From positions 1 through 30,024 of the IMG/VR virus record IMGVR_UViG_3300022670_000885: a stretch of DNA of 30,024 nt, one strand, 5' to 3'. The stretch comes from a virus. Its lineage: Duplodnaviria; Caudoviricetes. Shown here one piece after another: positions 24,441 through 30,024 of the stretch. The notes under the pieces are model-generated. The model was not told the origin of the DNA. It searched no databases and saw only the letters and a program-made list of their open reading frames with translations. The stretch's first letter is position 1; each line of letters starts with the position of its first letter. A program made the position numbers and the translations under genes.

Positions 24441-27014
24441 TTATCCTTGCGATGACTCTAAATGTGCCTGCTCTTCGACTCTAATCTCATCTTCAGTCTT
24501 GATTCTAATCCCATAATACCCCCACGGCATTGTTTGGTCTTTCCAAACCTTCATTTTCTCCAATCCACTAACTTCCTCGAACATATTATAGAATTCCATA
24601 GATGTGAGTGATTTTTGTATGTTCTTTTTGATGGCAAAATTATCCCATGCAATTCTAACATCAAATGCTTTTACGTTGGAACCAACCACTCGAATGATGT
24701 ATTTTTCATAGAATTGTTTGACATGATTGCCAGTCTCATTCCAGATATCTCGTGCCTCATCTGGATTTAGTGTATATTTAGTATCCTGCCTATCCCAAAT
24801 ATCACTGGCATTATGTAACAAAAACGTGACATATCCATCATATTCCTCATTTGGGATCATATTTTGGACAAATTCCTTTTTGTCCTGTATAGTAAATCTT
24901 ATTTTTTTATTGAATTTTATCAGTTTAGTTCTGTCATATATGGCACTAGCATCATCCTTATTTGATATCTCATATAGTGAATTGGCAGAAAACATAATCC
25001 TGGAGCTTGGTCTATACTTTCCACTATGCTCATACACACTCCTATCCGTGAAATTTTCTTGGGATATCTCTCTTTTCAAATTACTTACTGTCTTTATTCC
25101 GGTATCATGCATGTCCCCATCTACTATCAGACGTCCTAATGCAGTGTCTTTTCTTGTAGTTGCATCATCAGCTATAGCCTGAATAGTTGGATCAAAGACC
25201 ATTGTATCTTCATTAAATAATTTGGAATTCAGTTTACATAATTGTGTCTTACCAGTACCTGGCGGTCCAACTAACCCAAGCTGAAAATAAATCCCGTTAT
25301 ACGGATGAAAACAAGTAGAGCCAAAATCAAAGTAAAACTGTCTATCTTTTTCATCAGGAATCATCTCATTTACGAAATTTTTAATCGTATCAAATGGTTT
25401 CATATTATCATAATTGTATGGTATCTGATCAAATATGTAATAGTCTGGACTAAATATTGTAGAGAACTCTCCAGTTTTAATATTGTATGTGCCATTTAAC
25501 AGGCAAATAATATGTGTATGCTGAGTCATCTCAAATAGAGTAATTAATTGAGAGTCATTTTCTATATAATTTAGAACCTCTTTAAGATCAGACTTTTTGG
25601 TTCTAATCATCATATGCATGGCCTCCCTCATTAGAAATGCCTCGCTGGAACGATCATAGTGTATGTCATTAAAGTAAATTAGTTTCCCATCTAATCCATG
25701 TTTTCTAACATGGTATCGCTCCATCAAATATATGGCAGCCTCCATATGTTGGTCCTTTGAGACAGTTATTCTTTCTTTTAATCTCCCATATTCTCTGGCT
25801 AATTCTTTTAGTGAACTAATTACATCCTCATTATTGAAAACTGATTTTATTACATCCTTAAACATACTCGAACCATCTACTAATCCAACATTATCATACA
25901 ATTCATCATTTTTTAAATCCATTGCAGTTTTTGCAACCTTTAAGAACCAATTTGTAAGAGTGGTGTGGATTTTTGCCTTGTTTATTATTTTTAAATTCTT
26001 TATCATATACAGTACTAACCAATAACAATCACCACTCAATCCATCCTCTAATCTTCCTGAGATTATTTTCTGATACTTTGTGTTGTTTTCTTCTTGAATT
26101 TGATTACTTACCCATTTTACTGCTTGAATTGCAGTCTCTCTAATTTTCTCATCAGTGTATCCAGGGGCTGCGTGAGTTTTGTAAAACCAAAATGCAGCAT
26201 TTACAAAATAATCTTCTGGAAGATAAAGTGGAGAGAGTCTTCTACATAGTGAATCTACAAATCGTAAGACTCCTCCACTTCTGTCCTGACCTTCTTGTAT
26301 TATTACACCTGACTGCACCAGATCTTTGACTTTGATTTCTCCATCTCCTGAAATCAGATTGTATTTTTTACATATTGATTTTATTTTTAGTTGGAGTTTG
26401 TCCCCATCAATTAGTACTGGAATATTTTTCCCCAAAAACTCATACTTTGTACCATCTGGATGCATACTTGGCGCACCAAACATCACACCATTCCCAATCT
26501 TTACCTCAAAGTTTGGAGCTTTGTTGTTTGTGAATTTATCTTCAAGTTCTGGGTTTCTTGCATCACTTGCCTTACCTGTTAGTATGGCATCTTTTTTTAT
26601 GTAAAACTCCCAATGACATTTACTACTAGTACCAAGATGCATCTCAATTACATGTTTTTCAGAGTTCTCTATTGGTCCATTCACCATAAACTCAGTCATT
26701 GCAAGTGAGTTGTCACTATCCACTGAGCAGTACTTGTAATTTTTTAATTCTTCTTTATGCCATACAGGGCCAGTAACCCTCATTAATCCTTGATCAAACT
26801 TTTTTCCTTCTTTCCATTTTTCATGCAACTCTAATGGGATTGGCTTGTCAGTCCATTCTCTCCATGCTTCTGGTGTATGTTCTGGAGGAACTTTATCTCC
26901 TTTGAATAGTTGACATCCGTTTGATGGTACTACATTAATTCCCCATTCATATCTGTAAAAGTCTGCATAGTCATTTGCAGACCATTGGTCTTTTGTTGTA
27001 TCTTTATAGTTCAT
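24441..27014 (-). CDS. Bifunctional Prim-Pol primase / SF3 (D5-like) helicase
   Basis: N-terminal GINVVP, VDSD, H and APSMHPDGTKY; D5_N-like LLNGTYNIKTGEF; Walker A GPPGTGKT; motif C IMFSAN. Likely start ATG 27014 after GAGGGAG. Confidence 0.88.
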   Translation of the reverse strand: MNYKDTTKDQWSANDYADFYRYEWGINVVPSNGCQLFKGDKVPPEHTPEAWREWTDKPIPLELHEKWKEGKKFDQGLMRVTGPVWHKEELKNYKYCSVDSDNSLAMTEFMVNGPIENSEKHVIEMHLGTSSKCHWEFYIKKDAILTGKASDARNPELEDKFTNNKAPNFEVKIGNGVMFGAPSMHPDGTKYEFLGKNIPVLIDGDKLQLKIKSICKKYNLISGDGEIKVKDLVQSGVIIQEGQDRSGGVLRFVDSLCRRLSPLYLPEDYFVNAAFWFYKTHAAPGYTDEKIRETAIQAVKWVSNQIQEENNTKYQKIISGRLEDGLSGDCYWLVLYMIKNLKIINKAKIHTTLTNWFLKVAKTAMDLKNDELYDNVGLVDGSSMFKDVIKSVFNNEDVISSLKELAREYGRLKERITVSKDQHMEAAIYLMERYHVRKHGLDGKLIYFNDIHYDRSSEAFLMREAMHMMIRTKKSDLKEVLNYIENDSQLITLFEMTQHTHIICLLNGTYNIKTGEFSTIFSPDYYIFDQIPYNYDNMKPFDTIKNFVNEMIPDEKDRQFYFDFGSTCFHPYNGIYFQLGLVGPPGTGKTQLCKLNSKLFNEDTMVFDPTIQAIADDATTRKDTALGRLIVDGDMHDTGIKTVSNLKREISQENFTDRSVYEHSGKYRPSSRIMFSANSLYEISNKDDASAIYDRTKLIKFNKKIRFTIQDKKEFVQNMIPNEEYDGYVTFLLHNASDIWDRQDTKYTLNPDEARDIWNETGNHVKQFYEKYIIRVVGSNVKAFDVRIAWDNFAIKKNIQKSLTSMEFYNMFEEVSGLEKMKVWKDQTMPWGYYGIRIKTEDEIRVEEQAHLESSQG

Positions 27015-27312
27015 TTTTCTCCCTCTCAATTCTTTCAGACCAATCATTAACCACCATGGATATGCCAAACTTTTTCACATATCCCAGAGTGTATTCTACC
27101 AGCTGTGCGTGATGTTCCTTACAAGCACCCAACACATACACCTCAACGAATTGATTGTTTTGGTAATACCTAATTCTTGAAGTGGATTTTTTCCCACACC
27201 AACCACATGGGGAATCCCTTACTAACTTTGAATGTACTAGTTCTCTTTTTTGAACATCGTCAATTAATGGTAAATTCAAACGATATGAAGTTGGTTTGTT
27301 AATAATCCTCAA
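27004..27312 (-). CDS. Zn-binding hypothetical protein (start uncertain)
   Basis: CGWC…CKEH. The ORF-track start overlaps the upstream gene; TTG 27312 or a nearby ATT is more plausible. Confidence 0.6.
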   Translation of the reverse strand: MRIINKPTSYRLNLPLIDDVQKRELVHSKLVRDSPCGWCGKKSTSRIRYYQNNQFVEVYVLGACKEHHAQLVEYTLGYVKKFGISMVVNDWSERIEREKNEL

Positions 27313-27586
27313 ACCTCCGGTTAGATACCATTCTATCAGTCTCAAAAATAACCGTGCAGATAAACCACGGATTCTCACTCATTGACTTTGGAGTCCAGAA
27401 AATCTTTGGACCAAACACTGGGTCTTCCTCATCTACTTCATATACAGTTACAACACCATGAACTGCTTTTTCAGTTTCTCTATCCACTTGTATCCTGCAA
27501 GTTATCGGTACCCATGTACTATCGGATATTTTCAGCATTCCATCTGATTCTATCTCATCAATTACATCAACATCTGGAATACTCAT
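27299..27586 (-). CDS. Hypothetical phage protein (ETEKA…W.PKS motif)
   Basis: 95 aa; GGAGTGA RBS. Confidence 0.65.
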   Translation of the reverse strand: MSIPDVDVIDEIESDGMLKISDSTWVPITCRIQVDRETEKAVHGVVTVYEVDEEDPVFGPKIFWTPKSMSENPWFICTVIFETDRMVSNRRFEDY

Positions 27587-27783
27587 CTATTTTCACTCCT
27601 CAATCTTTTCTTGTGTTTTGCATTTTTCGGAGTCATTCTTAACAAACAACTACAACACGGACATCTACTTCCATCAACATCAAGAAACAATTCACATGTC
27701 TGACATCGACTAAACCCAGACGTGTACCAACTGGTACCCTTTCTCTTTGCTCTGTATTTTTCACATATACCCTTACAACTCAT
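27583..27783 (-). CDS. Thaumarchaeal-type Cys-rich protein (paralog 1)
   Basis: MSCKGICEKYRAK…Y..G..RCQTC…CPCC..LR..P; start ATG 27783. Confidence 0.75.
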   Translation of the reverse strand: MSCKGICEKYRAKRKGTSWYTSGFSRCQTCELFLDVDGSRCPCCSCLLRMTPKNAKHKKRLRSENR

Positions 27784-27956
27784 ATGAGATTCAACTCCAG
27801 CGCACAATTCTCACAGTAATGTTTCACACCAGATGACGCACCATTTCTTGATATGATATCCTCATAAAGTTCTAGTTTCTTTTTACATTTTGTACAAAAC
27901 TCTAAATTCGGATTTCTAACTGCGCCCTTTCTAGTATACATAATTCGTTTAATCAT
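27780..27956 (-). CDS. 58-aa Zn-finger protein
   Basis: FCTKCKKKL…DIIS…HYCENCALELNLI; fills the gap between the two paralogs. Confidence 0.65.
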   Translation of the reverse strand: MIKRIMYTRKGAVRNPNLEFCTKCKKKLELYEDIISRNGASSGVKHYCENCALELNLI

Positions 27957-28152
27957 TTTTTCCTCTCAATCTTTTCTTGGCTGCAGAACCTCTGGGGTTT
28001 GATCTTATTCTATTCCCACAACAAGGACACCACAAACCTTCCCAAATTATGTAAATATCACAAATCAGGCATCTTTTCTGTCCATTTTTGTATCTGCCTT
28101 CTTTTGGCAAGCCATTAGCCTTGTATCTATGACAAATTCCATTACAAGACAT
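27949..28152 (-). CDS. Thaumarchaeal-type Cys-rich protein (paralog 2)
   Basis: MSCNGICHRYKA…GRYKNGQKRCLICDIYIIWEGLWCPCCGNRIRSNPR. Confidence 0.8.
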   Translation of the reverse strand: MSCNGICHRYKANGLPKEGRYKNGQKRCLICDIYIIWEGLWCPCCGNRIRSNPRGSAAKKRLRGKND

Positions 28153-28325
28153 TACATTAATGCCTCCAATAATTGTTGCAAGACTTATTTTATATCCCCT
28201 TTTATTTTTCTGAGAAACTCTTGCCTGTCTGTTAAGTTTTTTGCAATTATCTTAATGTTCTATTCAACTAGATTTATGATATACTGAATTTCACTTTTAT
28301 TAGTTAGTGTGATTCTGTCTTTCAT
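28152..28325 (-). pseudogene. Small gene with two in-frame premature stops
   Basis: MKDRITLTNKSEIQYIINLVE*NIKIIAKNLTDRQEFLRKIKGDIK*VLQQLLEALM*; coupled by ATGA and TAATG at its two ends. Confidence 0.55.
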
Positions 28326-28471
28326 AACTTTCCCTTCTCATATTTTTCACAATTACAATCAGACCAATTACAAGAACCACGCCATTTTTTAACAAGAACA
28401 GATTCTACAACTTTTCTTTTGTTTTCATGATCACTTTCAATATGATTACATTTACAACGTCTAGGTGTCAT
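28322..28471 (-). CDS. 49-aa Cys/His-rich protein
   Basis: MTPRRCKCNH…H…C….CNC; GGAG RBS before ATG 28471. Confidence 0.6.
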   Translation of the reverse strand: MTPRRCKCNHIESDHENKRKVVESVLVKKWRGSCNWSDCNCEKYEKGKL

Positions 28472-28571
28472 TGTTTTTCTCCTTACAATTTTTATACATA
28501 GGGTAACTGGTGTGTTTGATTTCATCAGCATCATCTCCACATTTGTGACATGATTGGAAATTTTTACTCAT
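28461..28571 (-). CDS. 36-aa degenerate Zn-finger micro-protein
   Basis: MSKNFQSCHKCG…PMYKNC. Confidence 0.4.
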   Translation of the reverse strand: MSKNFQSCHKCGDDADEIKHTSYPMYKNCKEKNNDT

Positions 28572-28573
28572 TA

Positions 28574-28720
28574 CTATTCTTTCCTTATCTGCTCTCTAGT
28601 TTTTCCACAAACACAACACTTACCTTGAAGGTCAAAGTAATGTTTACAATCTTTAGAATTACGTGCCATCATACCATCAAATGGTTTATGTTCGTCTTTG
28701 TCCCACTTGTCAGATCTCAA
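28574..28720 (-). CDS. 48-aa Zn-binding micro-protein
   Basis: GGAGG RBS, TTG start; CKH…KCVVCG. Confidence 0.55.
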   Translation of the reverse strand: MRSDKWDKDEHKPFDGMMARNSKDCKHYFDLQGKCCVCGKTREQIRKE

Positions 28721-28743
28721 TTATGCAAACGCCTCCAATGTAA

Positions 28744-29181
28744 TCAATCCACTCTTACCAAAAAATGACCGCCCATAGCAGCATTTTTATTATTTTTGAA
28801 TTTCAATCTTTTTCTAATCCAAAGTACAGCTTTTGGTTTTCTTTCTAACAATGGTATGATATAATCCTGGAACCAATCTTGTTCTGTTTTAGTCGGGTTT
28901 AACATAATTGTGGTATTGCCTATCTCTGCTTGTTGAAATGCTTTCTTTACAAAAAGTTCAAGTGTTTTTACTTCGTATGGAGAATTTACATAATTGAAAT
29001 TTTGCCAATCACCATATAATCCGTTAAAGAAGATAGGAGCTTTGTATGGAGTATATGCAGGACATGGGTCATACAAGTTTTGTTTTTCTAGTCTCCACTT
29101 ATCTTCAATCATCTCATATACTCGATCAGGTGTAAGATGAGTTTGAGACTTGCTTTTTGGCATATACCCTTGTTTTTTCAT
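28744..29181 (-). CDS. Phage Dam-type N6-adenine DNA methyltransferase (NSPY variant)
   Basis: LTP…DPCP…W…YVNSPY…VKKA…P.KT…WF. Confidence 0.75.
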   Translation of the reverse strand: MKKQGYMPKSKSQTHLTPDRVYEMIEDKWRLEKQNLYDPCPAYTPYKAPIFFNGLYGDWQNFNYVNSPYEVKTLELFVKKAFQQAEIGNTTIMLNPTKTEQDWFQDYIIPLLERKPKAVLWIRKRLKFKNNKNAAMGGHFLVRVD

Positions 29182-29600
29182 AATCTAACTCCTTTAAGAT
29201 AAAATCCTGAAATTGAACTTGGTGATTTCATTGCTTTACCAGTAGTTGATTCAATCCATGCAACTCTACCTAGGGACCTAAGAGTTGCACCAGCATCTAA
29301 AAGTAAATTAACATAACTTGGAGTTGGTAATGTTAAGAAACTTGAATTACCTTTTTGTTGTTCTAATATTGCTTTTCTAACAAATGCAGTTGGTGAACCA
29401 TCTTTTTTTCTAAATGGTGGATTTACATAATTCATTTTCCCCCAAGGAATAATTAGATTATTTGTGATTTTAGGATAGGTACAAGGATCAAAATCAAAAT
29501 GAAACTCTTGGTCCAATGTATGATATAGTTTTGGTGGTGTTAGCCAATATTCAGGAATTTCAACTTTACCACCTTGTAGGGTTGTTTGAGATTTATTCAT
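29178..29600 (-). CDS. Phage Dam-type N6-adenine DNA methyltransferase
   Basis: WLTP…FDFDPC…WG..NYVNPPF…FVRKA. Confidence 0.8.
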   Translation of the reverse strand: MNKSQTTLQGGKVEIPEYWLTPPKLYHTLDQEFHFDFDPCTYPKITNNLIIPWGKMNYVNPPFRKKDGSPTAFVRKAILEQQKGNSSFLTLPTPSYVNLLLDAGATLRSLGRVAWIESTTGKAMKSPSSISGFYLKGVRL

Positions 29601-29608
29601 TTTTTATC

Positions 29609-29737
29609 TCAACAAGAATCCTCTAACTGTCTAAGAACAGATAATGGCTTGCAAAGAATTTTTACACAATATCTGCATACGCCATATTCATTATCTGTTC
29701 TTCTGCCACATTTGTTAGTACAAAATGGATAAATCAT
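29609..29737 (-). CDS. 42-aa Zn-binding micro-protein
   Basis: CTNKC…VCRYC; ATGA coupling. Confidence 0.5.
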   Translation of the reverse strand: MIYPFCTNKCGRRTDNEYGVCRYCVKILCKPLSVLRQLEDSC

Positions 29738-29826
29738 TTCCGATGATACCCCTTGTGTTCTTTACAGTATTCGTGATCCAGACAGTACGGATGGTCTCCC
29801 TTTACGACTTTTTTCTTACACTTCAT
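29734..29826 (-). CDS. 30-aa Cys/His-rich micro-protein
   Basis: MKCKKKVVKGDHPYCLDHEYCKEHKGYHRK; ATGA overlaps at both ends. Confidence 0.5.
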   Translation of the reverse strand: MKCKKKVVKGDHPYCLDHEYCKEHKGYHRK

Positions 29827-30024
29827 CTCAACAACTCCAAAAATTGCCTTCCTTTTTCGGTTATTGTGTAGTGTTTTCTTGTACTGTTTGTTTTTGTATA
29901 ATTAGTGTTACTTGATATTTTTACACCAGATACGAATTGTTTCTCTTCACAATATTCAACATGTTTTTCCATACTTCTACCACCAATACAAAATCGAGCA
30001 TCTATGATATGGCTAATTTTTACT
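29823..30024 (-). CDS. Hypothetical protein, 3' part (5' end outside or near the window edge)
   Basis: Frame open from 30023 to TGA 29823, which overlaps the next ATG. Confidence 0.45.
   Translation of the reverse strand, partial: VKISHIIDARFCIGGRSMEKHVEYCEEKQFVSGVKISSNTNYTKTNSTRKHYTITEKGRQFLELLR

Larger units (their letters stand above)
1..30024. mobile_element. Archaeal tailed virus/provirus (Caudoviricetes), probable Nitrososphaeria host
   Basis: TerL, portal, protease, HK97 MCP and tail genes plus primase-helicase; archaeal transcription and translation signals. No integrase or att site visible in the window. Confidence 0.88.

Noticed and set aside
27015-27068. ORF-track N-terminus of the primase-helicase (MAYPWWL…)
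   Set aside because: It overlaps the upstream gene; ATG 27014 has a suitable RBS.
28185-28262. Stop-codon reassignment (TAA/TAG read as Gln)
   Set aside because: TAA and TAG terminate many genes here, and the long ORFs have no internal stops.
1369-28768. Many plus-strand ORF-track entries (e.g. 1369..1638, 3014..3478, 8222..8590, 19890..20195, 24727..25182, 28550..28768)
   Set aside because: They are antisense shadows of well-supported minus-strand genes, with no motifs or RBS.

Overview
The whole window reads as part of an AT-rich archaeal tailed virus or provirus (Caudoviricetes). The host is most plausibly a Nitrosopumilus-like Nitrososphaeria (Thaumarchaeota), inferred from archaeal TATA-type leaderless promoters, frequent TTG starts, GGAGGTGA ribosome-binding sites, and small Cys-rich and DUF2024 proteins resembling thaumarchaeal families. 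Nearly all genes are on the minus strand. From right to left: two phage Dam-type adenine methyltransferases with many tiny Zn-binding ORFs, a Prim-Pol/SF3 primase-helicase, a nested inverted-repeat origin candidate, a PD-(D/E)XK exonuclease, a short plus-strand operon opposite a ~68-bp palindromic divergent promoter, a chain of micro-ORFs, and then a morphogenesis module (TerS, TerL, portal, protease, scaffold, decoration protein, MCP, adaptor, tail genes, and a >808-aa tail protein running off the left end). The most notable observations are: (1) a fixed-spacing AATAATACC+TATA promoter regulon; (2) a stand-alone, frameshifted GatB-tail-like gene; (3) a host-like DUF2024/YbjQ insert inside the capsid module; (4) a HiPIP-like Cys4 domain on the prohead protease; (5) RBS-sequestering leader hairpins; (6) signs of decay that appear confined to accessory genes. 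All family calls come from motif recognition by eye; no database searches were run.
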